Below, in pieces: positions 38,791 through 53,061 of a stretch of 64,000 nt of DNA. Within the stretch, counting starts at the first letter, position 1, and every line of letters starts with the position of its first letter. This stretch comes from the human T2T-CHM13v2.0 reference genome, Homo sapiens. The position numbers and the translations under genes were made by a program. The stretch lies in the NCBI RefSeq assembly GCF_009914755.1, contig NC_060928.1; one strand, given 5' to 3'. The notes under the pieces were generated by a model. It made no database searches and was not told the origin of the DNA. It saw only the letters and a program-made list of their open reading frames with translations.

Positions 38791-39385
38791 ATAGATTCAG
38801 AAAAATTACTGTTGGATACAAAGACAACCTAGGAATAAATTAACCAATTTATTTTGCTCTTATTTTCTTCTTTGTGCATACATAAAAATGATACACAATC
38901 TTAGAAACTATCACAGTAATTTTAACAACTAAAAACTCTTTCAATAAAGTAAAATGTAAAAATCATATAAAAACATTATTGTATACTAGTCAGTACTTTT
39001 TCTTTCCTACTCTTGCATAAAGTAGGTTGAAGCTTATAGTTGATGACACTTGTATTCCATGCAATATGCTAGCTAGTTGACTATGGTTTATCTAAATTTT
39101 AATGTGAAAGGCAAGTGATATTGACATCTCTACTGGGAGTGTTATTCTAATTGTTAACTATTCAGACCATTTTCCACGTAATTTCCTACTTTACATCATT
39201 TTTTCTCCACATTAGCTTGTTTACTAAGGGTAAAAAAGAATTTAAGAAAGAAATGATGTGAAACTCAGCTTGATTCCTTAGTGAGGTGGTTAAAATTATT
39301 TACCTAGCTGAAATATTTAGAGTAGCAATACATTTTATTTATTAATATGTAATCCTTATTCACAAATAACACCTTTTTTAACTGA

Positions 39386-39660
<275 letters not shown>

Positions 39661-40744
39661 AATTATTCTCTATTTATTTATTGAATAAGCATTTACTCAG
39701 TTTTTAATATGTACCAAAAACTGTTTAAATGGGAATATATCTCCTATTGGTGCTATTTCTCTCATTATCCTAATACAATGACCAATTATAGATTAAGAAA
39801 GGAAATATGGTGTTTACTATATGTAGAATGACAAAACAACCCCATTTACTAGGACGTTCTCTGGTTATGCCTGCTGTATCAGAATAATTATTAAAAGACG
39901 AATCTTTTCACCATCCAAAGTGTCCCAGTTTGTCCAAATATTAGATGATTATCTGAACTCTGTCTCTCTCTCTACATATATGATAATATTAAATTATTTT
40001 CAGAATAATTTTTCTGTTAAGCATTACTCACAATATCCCCTTGATGGTAATTAGTTATTTCACTGTACTGTCGACCACTAGAGGTATATTTGTTTACAAG
40101 AATTTGGTGACATAGATATATTCTCTCTAATATTAAATTGTATAAATCCTCTGTTTATATTTTTACTAGTCTTGACATACAGAAGTTACTCAATAAATAC
40201 TGAGTAAATAAACACATAAACTTTTTATTTTTCAGGCACAATTCAGTTATAAAATTTCTTAGAGATTGGGAAAAATGTAATTTTATAGTGCCACTTCAGT
40301 ATTGTCTTTTTGTGAAGATTTAAAAGCTATGAGCACAACTACTAATCATTTTTTTTACATCAACATATGTAAACAACATGTGGATAAGGAGTATACAAGC
40401 ACTGTTGGTGTAATTCCATGGGCAGATATATGCTATGTTCAGCAAACAATCCATTATAAAATTTCATTATGAAAAAAAGCATATAATTAAGTGCTACATG
40501 GAAAGCAGACCAGAATGGCTATGAAGATACTTTCCATGGAGCTCTCACCAAGCTACCACAAAAATACCATCATTTTTAAAACTCAGACCATATCAAATAA
40601 TTTTTTTCTGAGAATATATTATTATTAGAATTTTATAGTCCAAAATATTTCACCGCAGTTCTTAATTTGTCCACACCTTATAGCAGAAAAGATTTATTTT
40701 AATGTTTTCAATTTTAAATACAAATCCATAAAATTTATTTCCAA

Positions 40745-42720
40745 TTTCAGCTCCAACATGTGGAGGCTTAGAAACCATCAATCCTGTCCTTGTGAAAATA
40801 ATAGTATAAATGAAATGAAAATTAACAACTTTTCTTGGATCCATTAAATACATGACTTTGTAGTAGGGAGAGCTGGCACCCTCCATCTGGAAAGATAGAT
40901 GAATCCAAAGAGTCAGGGCTGAGATCTTCTATAATTGGTAAGTTGGATTATATTGAAATTAAAATTTTCTACTCTGTGAAAAACTTGGATCAGAAATTAT
41001 TTGGAAAACACAAATATGTAAAACTATGTATCCAAAAGATGCAAATAACTTTTAAAAATTAACAATACAAAATCAGAAGAGCCAATTAAGAAATGAGCAA
41101 AAAATCTGATCAGACATCTCACCAAAAAAGATATACAGGTGTCATATAAGCATACAAAAAATACACAATATCATTTGTCATTAGGAAATTGTAAATTAAA
41201 ATGACAATGACATATTACTATATACCTATAAAATGGCAAAAATCTTAAAACTGACAATATCTACTACTTGTGAGTATGAGAAATAACAGCAACTCTTATT
41301 TATCGCTGGTAAAAACACAAAATGGTACGGGCAGTTTGTAAGACATTTAACAATTGCATAATGCATTTATGCATATGATTTGAAAACATTTCCATGCAAA
41401 AATCTACACATGCATTTTATAACAGTGTTATTTACAATCTCCTGAAGCTGAAGCAACCAAGATGTCCTTCAATAGGTGAGTGGATAAACAAACTGTGGTA
41501 CATCCATACAATGCTATAGTAATCAGGATATATTTAATGGCATATAGACAGTGTACGTGCTGAATCCTGACGCAAAAAGATATAAATGAATCTCAAATGT
41601 ATATATCTAAGTGAAAGAAGCCAGTCTGAAAAAGCCATACTTTATAACTCCAAATACATGACCTTCTGAAAAGGGCAAACTATACAGATGGTACACAGGA
41701 GGTACCTCCTGTCGGAGGTGACAGGCGTTTAAGGCAGAAGGCAGAGTAGACTGAATATAGGGAGCACAGGATTGTTATTATGATGTTGAAACTGTTATGC
41801 ATGATACCATAATGGTGTATATACAATAGTAATTTTTTTCACAACCCATAGATCATTACAGCACTAAAGTAAACCTTAGTGTATGTAAATTTAAAAGTAT
41901 ATTTAGGAATTCAGAGACCCCAGTTGGGAATGAAGGATTTAACATAAGAATCTCACTGTATTAAATGCATGAAACAGCTCACTGAAGGGTTGGGGGAAAA
42001 GGTGCTAATCTAAGTAACTCTGGAAATAAATGGAGTGTTACAAAATCAGCATAGTTTAGTTGAAAAATTTGTTCTCCATGTGGATTCACGTTGACATTTC
42101 TGTTACCAATGTATATGCATATGCAATTAAACTATTGAGTAAATGAATAGTGGCTAGTCGGAGCCAGGTTTTTCACTGGTTTAATGGGAGGTTACCGATA
42201 AGCAGGAAGAAGAGGCTAGAATTATACCTGTAGTAATAGATTAGAGTTGTCATCAGTATGAACTCATGTTTAGCTTGATCTGAATATAATTTTCACATGG
42301 AATTATTTATGGATATGTGTATGTCAGTTGCAAGCACCTAGAGACAATGAGACTTCACTAGCAATTGGCATACATTGTCCCCAGGATCTTGGGTTCTAAT
42401 ACCATTCTCCAACAAAATTACCAGAGGCCTGGACATCTACTAGTGACAAAAAATGAAGATGTCCACACACCAGTGCTCTACTTCCACAATGATCCAGCAT
42501 GTCAAAGAGATCCAGGAGCCAAACGAAAGTGTTCCCAATGGTTAAGTTGGAATAATTAGTGAAAGAAAATAAATAAAGTAGTATTGGATTATAATCCAAG
42601 TTAATAAAAACAATTATCTATACTAACACAAATAAATTATTAAATAAATAATATGTGAGAATAGACAAATCTCTGGAGCAGAAAAATTCCAAATAATTTA
42701 CGTAGATTCCTCCACTTAAG
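40745..42720 (+). mobile_element. L1MC/L1MD-type element (ORF2 end + long 3'UTR)
   Basis: gaagcaaccaagatgtccttcaataggtgagtggataaacaaactgtggtacatcc; L1MC-like 3'UTR; boundaries approximate. Confidence 0.7.
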
Positions 42721-44524
42721 GAGAAATTGTGAAGCAAACACGGCAAAAATGTTCCAATTTCATAGAGTTATTCTTGCAAAAACCAAATATTAATTTGTCT
42801 TCAGGATAAGAAATAGTGTTGAGTTATTTCTGCAACATACCATGTTTTTCTTCCACCCACTGCCACCCCCACCACCCCACTAACAACTGTTGATTTTCAT
42901 GAGCAAGTATTTTTTGGTATCTTCCTGGGAGGTTTGTCCTTGGTCTGAAATGTCCTTATAATTGGATAGAGAATGTATAGAGTTTAATGTCCCTTCCGAA
43001 ATGAATTGAGATGCCACCTATTTATGGATAGACCAAAATTGGAATTTGTTCATTTTCTCTTCCTTCCCTGGCTCTTGAGTTAATTGGAGTATTTGGCTGT
43101 CTTTCCCTTTTTTTTCCCCCATCTTTTCTTTCCCAGTTTTACTCTTTGTTAAACAAGATCTCAGAATAATTATAAGTCTGTTGTTTTATTTCCATCTTGC
43201 CAATCGAGGTGTTTGATTGCAAGAGCGGTAGAGCTGGCCTCAGAAAGATCTTCTGTTTCTGATTTTAAGACTGTGCATGACTCCACAGTGTCCTTTGGGA
43301 AATGTTTATTCTACCTTTTCATCTTTGACTTTCTCAAGGTATTCCATGATCACCAACCTATTAACCAACCAAAATTGAATTAAATAACAAGAATGTAAAC
43401 TCCACAGTAAAAAACTCCTAATATGTGAATCTGTAAATCATTTCTCTCAAACAGTTCAAACAAAAAGAGTTTTTATCACTGCAAGAGTCACATTTTGCAA
43501 CAAGCCAATTCTGAAGAAAAGAAAGTATGCTGAGTACACATATCTTGTGGTTTGGTTCACTTAAGCTAAGTCTCATTTCTGTGTCTGTTGCTCAACTGTC
43601 GTAAATTGCTACCTGTTCTCTGTGGATCTGTGTTCTTCCTTTGTATATTCAGCTAGTTCTCTGTCTCCACACATATTTCAGTATTATTCCTAACAACTTG
43701 GGCAATTTATATTACTCTAGCTCTGTGTTTTCAAAACCTGCAAGGCTACTCATTTGGTAGAAGGATAAAGAGAACCATGTCTTTCCTTGTCAATAAAAAA
43801 CAAAACAAACAACAAAAAACTGAGTATTTTCTGAAGTCTTTACTAAGTTTTTCTTTTGTTCCTAGTTTTAAAGTCACTAAGACTTCTGGGATCTCGATTT
43901 ATTCATCTATAAAATATTCATTTATTCTTCTATAAAATAAAAAAATAGATTTAGTGATAATTAAAATTAAAATTATTTCCTGCTCCTCATTTCTATAACT
44001 CCATTTAAAATATTACTTCAAGATAAATTTTATAAATTATAATTATTGCCTCTGATTGGTTGCTTCTTTCAAATCAAATTCCTAATAAAAATTTATAAAA
44101 GTCTTGGCCATTCTAAAGCAAACTTACTTTGACTTTCTTAGATTTATTTCTTGAGGGGGGAAAGCATAGAGTTTACTAAAACTTATCTGAAAATTATAAT
44201 CTCCCTTAGGACTACTTCTTCCCTTTCATCATTTTTTCACCAGAAAAATGGATTTTTTCATTTACATGCCCGAATCAAACTCTATTTTTTGCATATTTTT
44301 GAGTCTGAAAATTATGTCTGTTCTCATATCAGGTTAGAAGTTTATACATTTGTGCACAAATTTTAATTGTTATTTTACTTCTTGCTATAGACAATGCAGG
44401 AAATTCTACATTGTTCGAAGAAATAAGTTGATTTGACAAGACTCAAATGCTTTGGTAAATAAAGATATTAACTAACTACTAATATATCTCCGCAAATTGG
44501 AGAATTCTAGATTGTTTGCTTTCA

Positions 44525-44855
44525 AATATGTTTTACAGGAAAAGATTGAGGAACTGTCATAGAACACAGGAGATTATGAAGGCACAATGAATATTCAATG
44601 TGGTACCTTAAATTAAATCCTGGAATTGAAAAAAACATATCAGTTGAAGAACCAGTGAAATCTGAATGAATTCTGGAATACAGGTGATGGTAATATACCA
44701 ATATTAGTTGCTTAGTTATGACAATTTTACTATGGTTATATAAGGTAACAACCTTTGAGAAAATTGGGCATGCAGGGCATGTGGGAACTATGTGTACTAT
44801 CTGCAACATTTTCGTAAACATAAAAATATTCTAAAATGAAAGTCTACTTAAATAT
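44525..44855 (+). mobile_element. L1MC/MD 3' terminus
   Basis: gggaactatgtgtactatctgcaacatttt...tattctaaaatgaaagt. Confidence 0.7.
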
Positions 44856-45901
44856 TGTCATGATTAGAATTGATTTTTTGTGGTATGTTGAATATTTTAC
44901 CACAGTTTAAAGACTTTGTAGTGACTGGATTCAGTTGGGTTTAAATATTCAATCAAATCTAATATTATAAAATATTGTACAATATTGTAGTTAAAAAATA
45001 GATGTTTCAATAGATTAGGTTCATCCTACATAAATCACTTTTTCTTAATCTGAATAAGAAAAATAGTTTTAAAAAAAACCCACCACTTCCTATTTTAAAG
45101 ATATTCAACAATTGCTATAGACCAAAATAGTACTTCTGTCTTAAAAAACAAACGTATATTCTAATAGAATAGCTTTGTATTTACTTAAAAAATTTACATT
45201 GATTAATATTTAAATAAATTTCATTTGTGAAAAACATATTGTCACAATTTTTCATTAGATTTTGCAAATTCGTGATGGACAAACTTGTCAAAATTGAATC
45301 AAGGAAGTGGACAAAACTGTCAAAATTAACTAAGCTAACTGAATTGTACTTTTAAAAAATAATCCATATAAGCTGACAAATCTATCAAATTGAATTAATG
45401 GTATTAACATTTTAATAATATAGAATTCTATTTTTATCAGTTTATTTTAAAAAGATGTTTTAATTATAATTACCAAAAATTTGGTGGTAATTAAACTTAT
45501 TGATAGTGTTTTATTCTGGTAGAAAAGCACTAACCAGTGTGGTAACTGAACTATTTCAGTTGTTAGATACTCCGTCAAATAATAGTTTCAATTTCTTACT
45601 TAATGGTTTAAGAAATATAATCCAAATATCATTGAGAAATCAATTTCTTTTTTGTGATGGCAAATATATAAAACTAGATGGAAGTACAGGTGTTTAGTAT
45701 GTCTCACCATACAGCATTTGCTAGATTCTACTTCTGTGAGGAAATACAAAAAGGTCACTTTTTTTTTGAAATATCAAAGAAACTATGTACCATAAATTAT
45801 ATTCTCAATAACATTTTTTTCTTTAATAAAAGCCATATTAGTTTAACCATTTTAGTCATTGATGAGGTATTGTATTTGGGAACCAAAGAAGAAAAACAGT
45901 G

Positions 45902-46272
45902 TATATTAGTCCATTTTCACACTGCTGATAAAGACACACCCGAGACTGGGCAATTTACAAAAGAAAGGGAGATTTAATGCACTTACAGTTCCACATGGCT
46001 GGAGAGGCCTCACAATCATGGTGGAAGGTAAGGAGGAGCAAGTCAAGTCTTACATGGATAGCAGCAGGCAAAGACAGAGCTTGTGTAGGGAAACTCCCAT
46101 TTTTAAAACCATCAGCTCTTGTAAGCCTCATTCACTATCACGAGAACAGGGCAAGAAAGACCCGCCCCCATAATTCAGTCACCTCCCACTGGGTTCCTAC
46201 TACAACACGTGGGAACTGTGGGAGTTATGATTCAAGATGAGATTTGGATGGGGACACAGCCAAACCATATCA
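45902..46272 (-). mobile_element. THE1B/C solo LTR
   Basis: Complete antisense LTR; perfect 5-bp TSD CAGTG (45897-45901, 46273-46277). Confidence 0.93.
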
Positions 46273-46967
46273 CAGTGGTAAGCTTATAGATATAATACAA
46301 CATGTAAAATGCATGCACTGCATCATCGTTCACTGCAGAAAGCATTAAAAGTCTATTTCATCAAATCCATTTTATTTAAGAAAAATAATCTTAAATAATA
46401 TAGATCTTGAAATTCATGAAATACTTTTATATTAAGCAGTATTTGTAGCACATAGGACTTCACTGCGTAGTTCTTGGTAACGTTCTTAAGAGTTGTCAAA
46501 TGTAAAGTTGAGATTTTGTTTTCCAAAATATGTGTCAGAAATTTGCAGGCCTTCAAGTGGCCATTACTAGACACTATTAAGCAGATAGTTACAAAAAACA
46601 TAAAATAAATTCCTTTGAAGTTAAGATAAAGTTTTAAAATAAGGTGTTTTATTTTTTGATAAAACAAATGTCATGGAGAGAATATTTTTGAAACAAATAT
46701 TTGGAAATATTTCTATCATTATTTAATTTTCTTCCAGAAATTCTGTCACTTGTAAAGTTCTTTGTCCACATACAACACTTAAAAGGAGATTTTCAACCTG
46801 TTTAAACATCTTTCAAAATAAGAGTGTCATTAGATTTTGAATGCATTTGATAAAAATATTAATATGCAACAAAATTCAATTAGCGAGAAGAAATAATGCA
46901 TGGATATCAGGGAAATTGAAAAAGCCTGAATTTTGAATAAAATCTTTAAATAATTGAAGCATAATTT

Positions 46968-48272
46968 TAAAAATCAAAAGAATGAAAAGGCAATCTTTGG
47001 AATAAGAGATAATATTTGTAAATGACATATCTGATAAAAGGATAATATCTAGAATATATAAAGAACTCATACAGTTCAAAAACCGTGAAACAAACAACCT
47101 GATTGAAAAATGGGTGTATGGCCAGGCATGATGGCTCACACCTGTAATCCCAAACTTTGGGAGGCCAAGGTGGGTGGATCACTTGAGGCCAGGAGTTTGA
47201 GATCAGCCTGGGCAACATAAGGAGATCTACAAAAAATTTCTGTAAATAGTCAGATGTGGTGACACATGCCTATAGTCTTGGCTACTTCGGAGGCTGAGAT
47301 GGGAGGGTCACTTGAACCCAGAGGTTCAAGGTTGCAGTGAGCTGTAATCATGCCACTGCACTCCAGACTCGGTGATAGAATGAGACCCCATCTCTTAAAA
47401 AAATAAAAATATTTTGTTAAATGAGTGAAAGAGTTGAATAGACATTTCTTCAAAGAAGATATACAAAATGACCAATTAGCACATGAGAAAATGCTCAACA
47501 TCACCACATGCTAGGGAGATACCAAGCCAAACTGTAATGAGATTCCAATTCACACTGTTAGTATGGCTACTATCAAAAATAATAAATAAAAATAACAAGT
47601 GTTAGTGAGGATGTGGAAAAATTGGAGCCCTTGTGTTCTGTTGGTAGGAATGTAAAATGCTACAGCTTCAGTGTAAAACAATATGGTAGTTCCTCAAAAA
47701 TTAAAAATAGAATAAAATAAAATTCAGAATAGAATTTACAGTTTTTAATTCTGGGTGTATACTCCCCAAATTGAAAGCAGGTTCTTGAGAAGATATTTGT
47801 ACACCCATGTTTACAGTAGCATAATTCCTAATAGCAAAAAGGTAGACACAACCCAAATGTCCATTCATGAATGAGTGGACACAGTGTGGTCTATGTATAC
47901 AAAGGAATATTATTCAGCCTTTAAACAGAAAGGCAATGATGACAAAAGCAATGAAAAGAATGATGCCTGAGAATATTACCTTAAATCAAATTAGCCAGTC
48001 ACAAAAAGACAAATTTTGAATAATTCTATTTATGTGAGGTACGTAGAATAGTCAAATTTCTAAGTACAGAGTAGAATGATAATTGCCAGGGGCTGGGTAG
48101 GAAAAAAAAAGAGTTGTTTGATAAGTACAGACTTTCAGTTTTTGCAGGATGAAAAAACTTCTGGAGATTGGTTGCACAATAACGTGAATGTACTTAATGC
48201 TACTGAAATGTACACTCAAAAATAATTAAGATGGCAAATTTTGTTATGTCTATTTTAACATAATTTAAAAAT
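46968..48272 (+). mobile_element. L1MB 3' fragment with nested Alu
   Basis: ORF2 end and L1MB-type 3'UTR (ttctggagattggttgcacaataacgtgaatgtacttaatgc). Confidence 0.82.
47120..47410 (+). mobile_element. AluJ
   Basis: cacttgaggccaggagtttgag and gaggttcaaggttgcagtgagctgtaat J-type features. Confidence 0.88.
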
Positions 48273-48994
48273 AATTAGTTTATAATTCTTTCATCAAAAC
48301 TATAATTTTCTGAAGTGGTTTTCTTTTCAGCTCTGAGAGTCAGTATAATCAAATATGGAAAGAGACAATTTAGAGTCAGGCTTCTAAATTGCTTTATGAT
48401 TGCATGTTTATTGAAATTTTTTTTAAAATGAAGCACACACATAATTTCCTCTTTAATATGTGATTAATGCTATATTTTAGTGAAAAAGTTATATATAAAA
48501 TGTAGAATACTTAAAATAAATATTTCTATTTTTGTTATGCTATATACTGTGTATATATAGATATATATATGATACAATATATCATATATTTTATATATTT
48601 ATTTTTATTTTTGTTTTATATATTGTATATAATTACCACATAATTGTCTTAATACATGTATAAAAATGTATATAACATATAGATCACATATGATAAATTA
48701 ATATACATCTATTAAAGCTCTACTCAATATTAGAGAATCATGGTATTAAAAATGTTTGGACCACATTATCTAGAACACAGAAAGTAATTTCAAACTGGAG
48801 TTTGTTACATAAGCACTTATATCCTACATGTAAAAATCCAAAATCATGATTGTCTTGAGATCTCTACGGTCAGTGTGAAACTTGGCTTTGAGAACTTTCT
48901 GGTGAGTCTGCTATTTTTGGCTAACACCTAACTGTTTTAATACCAGGCCATGATTCTTTTCTGTTCAAATTATTTATTTTGACTTTCAGAAATA

Positions 48995-49340
48995 AATGTT
49001 GAGTATCCCTCATTTAAAATGTTTAGGACAATAATGGTTTCAGACTTAAATATTTTTCAAAATTTTGAGCATTTGCATGTATGTAATGAGATATCTTAGA
49101 TATGAGACCCAAGTTCAAATATTCCATTCAACTATGTTTCATATACACCTTATACACCTAGCCTTAAGATAATTTTATGTAATATTTTTAATAATTCTGT
49201 GCATGTGACACAGTTATTACTGTTCTATCACATTGGTAAGGTGTGGCATTTTCCACTGTGACATCATGTTGATATTCATAAAGTTTCAGACTTTAGAGCA
49301 TTTCAGATTTTGAATTTTTGGATTAGGAGTGCACTACCTG
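48995..49340. mobile_element. Tigger4 (MER46-type) element
   Basis: gttgagtatccct...ggagtgcactacctg TIR-like ends; antisense similarity to 5576-6047. Confidence 0.75.
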
Positions 49341-49854
49341 TATCTGAAAATTACACAAGTCAGGTTAATTTCAAACTAAAATCGTAGCCAATAATTTCAG
49401 TTGGCTGACAGTCCTACTTAGTACTTTAGTAGTATTTTAGTCCTACTAAATTTCCTTAACCATTCTTCTACTCTCTTTGATGACTTTATTAATTAATTAA
49501 TACCTTCTTCTCTCTCTTAAAACCACTGAAACCTCTCATTTTCAAGCTCAAATAGTGTTTCACTGAGAAAATATAACCAATCAAAAGAGAATTTACATAA
49601 GCTCCCATCAAAACATGTACCGGTGTAGCTACACTTGGACTTAAGTACTCTACCTTTCCTCCTATTATTATGAAAAAAAAAAAATCTGTACTGCTATTAA
49701 AAGCCAACTCCTCTCCTGTGCTAGATCCGTAATAGTGAGCCAAGAACATTATTCTGGCAATTTTCCTTTCTCTTTGATGCCATAATTTGTTTTTCTTGTC
49801 TGTTGGATCAATCCCATCGACATAAGAATATACCATCATAAAAGTAAATAAATA

Positions 49855-50139
49855 GCCTGTAATACCAGCACTTCGGGAGGCCGAGGCGGGCAGATCATGA
49901 GGTCAGGAGATCGAGACCATCCTGGCTAACACCGTGAAACCCCATCTCTACTAAAAATACAAAAAATTAGCTGGGTGTGGTGGCACGTGCCTGTAATCCC
50001 AGCTACTCCGGAGGCTGAGGCAGGAGAATCGCTTGAACCTGGGAGGCGGAGGTCTCAGTGAGCCGAGGTCATTCCACTGCACTCCAGCCTGGGCGACAGA
50101 GCGACACTCCATCTAAAAAAAAAAAAAAAAAAAAAAAAA
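49855..50139 (+). mobile_element. AluSc8/Y-like, slightly 5'-truncated
   Basis: gagatcgagaccatcctggctaacac; TSD aaaagtaaataaata / aaaagcaaataaaca. Confidence 0.92.
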
Positions 50140-50915
50140 GCAAATAAACAAAATATCCTCTTTATATTTACTTTCCTCCAATATCCTATTCCTCTGCTCT
50201 CGCATAAGAAAATGCCCCAACATGAATGTTTATACACACTCTCTCTAATCCTTCCTTATTTCTTTATCGAATCCATGGCAATCAAACTTTCATCCCTGAA
50301 ACTCTAGTAAGAATGTTCTGGTCAAAATCATCAACAACCTCCTAATTCCGAAATCTAAGGACTAGCTCTCAGTCCTCATCTTAACCCAAACATTAGCAGT
50401 GGATCACTCCCTTTTCCTTGAAACATTTTCTTTATTTGGCTTTAAGGAAAATATATCCTCCTAAATTTACCTTCTTACTCTTCTTTGTTAACTCTTCGGT
50501 TTTTACCCCCTGAGCGATTAATGTTGGGGTACCCCAGACCATGTTTCTTGATCTTCTTGCCTATTTCCACCCAGTTTATTGTTTCATCTAGTTTTATTAC
50601 ACGAAATTCAATTTATACAATGGCAACTTCCAAATTTACATCTTCAGCCCAGAACATGTCCCTGAACTCCAGCTTCATGTATCCAACTACTTACTCAATA
50701 TTTCCAGTTACATATATGACAGGCAGTTTAAATTTAACGTGTTTCCAGAATCAAATCCTAATATCCTCTGCAATGTTACTCTTCTTTACAAATATCTTCC
50801 GCATCCAGTTGCTCGAATTTGGGAAGGAATTCTTGGATTTTCTTGTTATCTCCCTCACCACATCTAATCTGCCAGAAAAGCTTATTGGTGCTACCAAAGC
50901 AATAGATCCAGTGTG

Positions 50916-51210
50916 GGCCGGGCGCGGTGGCTCACGCCTGTAATCCCAGCACCTTGGGAGGCCGAGGTGGGCGGATCATGAAGTCAAGATATCGACAGCA
51001 TCTTAGCCAACATGGTGACACCCCGTCTCTACTAAAAATACAAAAAAATTAGCTGGGTGTGGTGGTGTGAGCCTTAGTCCCAGCTACTAGGAAGGCTGAG
51101 GCAGGAGAATCTCTTGAACCCGGGAGGCGGAGGCTGTGGTGAGCTGAGATCGCATCACTGAACTCCAGCCTAGGTGACAGAGCGAGACTTCGTCTCAAAC
51201 AAAACAAAAC
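50916..51210 (+). mobile_element. AluSc-like
   Basis: Full-length Alu with (CAAAA)n tail; TSD gatccagtgtg / gattcagcgtg. Confidence 0.92.
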
Positions 51211-53061
51211 AGATTCAGCGTGTCTACTTGTCATTTTCAGTTGTAAAGATGAACACCTACCAAGTCACATTCCAGTGTGGCTTTAATCATTTTGCCTGGT
51301 ATTTTCCAGTTGGCTCAGAAGTAATCTACTACCCCTTATCTGCCCTCTATGGTCAATTCACAACACAGCAGTCAGCAGTTTGCTCTAAAATTTGCTATAG
51401 TACACTACTTACCTATTTGGAATCCTCTAATATGTCCCTATATCATACAGCTTAAAAACGAAAGTCCCTAGAACATTCTATTAGTCCTTACCTGATTGCT
51501 CTTCTCCATATGTCTGACGTTATCTCCCGCAAATCCTTTACTTACTCTCTCCTTGTCAGCCACCCCCGTACCTTGGCTTTTATTGTCTGAAATCTTTCCC
51601 CAGAGAGCTCCTTGTCTTGTTCTCTTCCTTCTTCAGGTATGTGCTCAAATGTCACTTTATAAACAGTGTCTTCCCTGACCACTATATTTAACTAGCCACA
51701 CAATATGCATCTCTCTCTCTCTTTCTTTCATTCTTTATTTTTCTGCATAATGCTTATTTTTACTTGATTTTCCCATATATTTGACTTTTTTCCCTTGTGT
51801 CTATTTCAGAAACGTAAGCTTTACCAGAGTAGATTTTTCTGTGCTGCTTGCTGTATCCCTAGTGCATTGTATTCAATAAAAGTTATTCAATAAAATATTC
51901 ATTAAACAATGAGTAAAAACATTGAAATAAATGAATAAAATGTTCTATTTTTTAATGCACTAAAATACATTCTTTTTTTCTCTAGTAGTTTCTGGTCAAA
52001 TAAGAAGTTATTTATTATTGACTGCCTTGCTAAGTGTAAAGAAATTTGATTAATAGGGAGTGGTTAGGACTATTTTAATTTGTAAAATTTTCTATTACTA
52101 AAAAGTTTTAATTGCCAGCAAGGCTGATCATTAGACAAGAAAATAACTAGAGAGCTAGGTATTGTTTTTTAAATGTTATTAGGCACCATTCTCAAATGAA
52201 AAGATTAGTCACTCTTATAGTTGTAGCAATTTAACATTCAAACTTGAAATGCAAAATTTAAAATTACAATGTTCATAATGTGTGTTTTAATTTCAAACTC
52301 ATGTCTTCATTTCATATTGAACATACTATGCAGATTTATTTTCAGTCACTTGACATCAGGCGGCTATATATGTTGAATAAGGAACAGAAAACACAAATAC
52401 TTTTTCCAGTATTCCCTTTGCAAACCCTTTTGATAATAGCTGAAGATATTAGATATTTACAGTTATAGCCGTGAATGAATAATGTGTATGGTGTGTTTAA
52501 AAAGAAAAACCACAAATTTCGTGGTCCCGGGTTATCATAGTAGTAACTGAATTTTCCCAAACAAAGATGTCTGACCTTTTTGGAAGAGCAAGTATGAATA
52601 GCTGATAGTTTTAAAGAAGCAAATTTTTGATAATTAGTAACAAGGAAATTTACATGACTTTCTAATTAAGGTTTTTATATGGATTATATTGCAAAGTAAT
52701 ACTGTGGTTTTACATAACTTGCTTCATTAGAATATACACAAATGACATTTACAAAGATTATATAGTGATAGTAAAAAGTACTTCTAATGAACATTTAGAA
52801 CTGAGTTACAATACTTTTTAACTATGAAGTCATTGAAGTACAAATTTCCTCAATGTACGAGTCTTTATGCTAAAAGTTACTAAAATAAATGAAAATCATT
52901 TGTACTTTGAATATTATTATTATTTTTCCCATAGCTTTCTCTTTCCTGGTTCCAACTCTTGCCCAGAAACTCACCCACCCTTCCACCCTTTCCAATTCCA
53001 GTTTACCCAGATCCTAGCTGTGTTGCAAGACAGAGGTTGAATCTCTCTCTTTTTTAAAAAA

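Larger units (their letters stand above)
45450..48772 (+). mobile_element. Fossil hAT-Charlie (Buster-type) transposon with degraded transposase, split by THE1 LTR and L1MB
   Basis: Degenerate motifs in order: KLDGSTGV (LDESTDV), AFARFYFCEEI, cactgcatcatc (HCII) at ~46316, FSAL dimerization-like motif at ~48325; left end uncertain. Confidence 0.6.
49455..51938 (+). mobile_element. L2 long fragment with two nested Alus
   Basis: Pyrimidine-rich L2 ORF2/3' sequence ending in aaatgaat repeats; boundaries approximate. Confidence 0.7.

Noticed and set aside
50485-50943. 152-aa ORF
   Set aside because: Lies in decayed L2 sequence and ends in an Alu; no recognisable host protein
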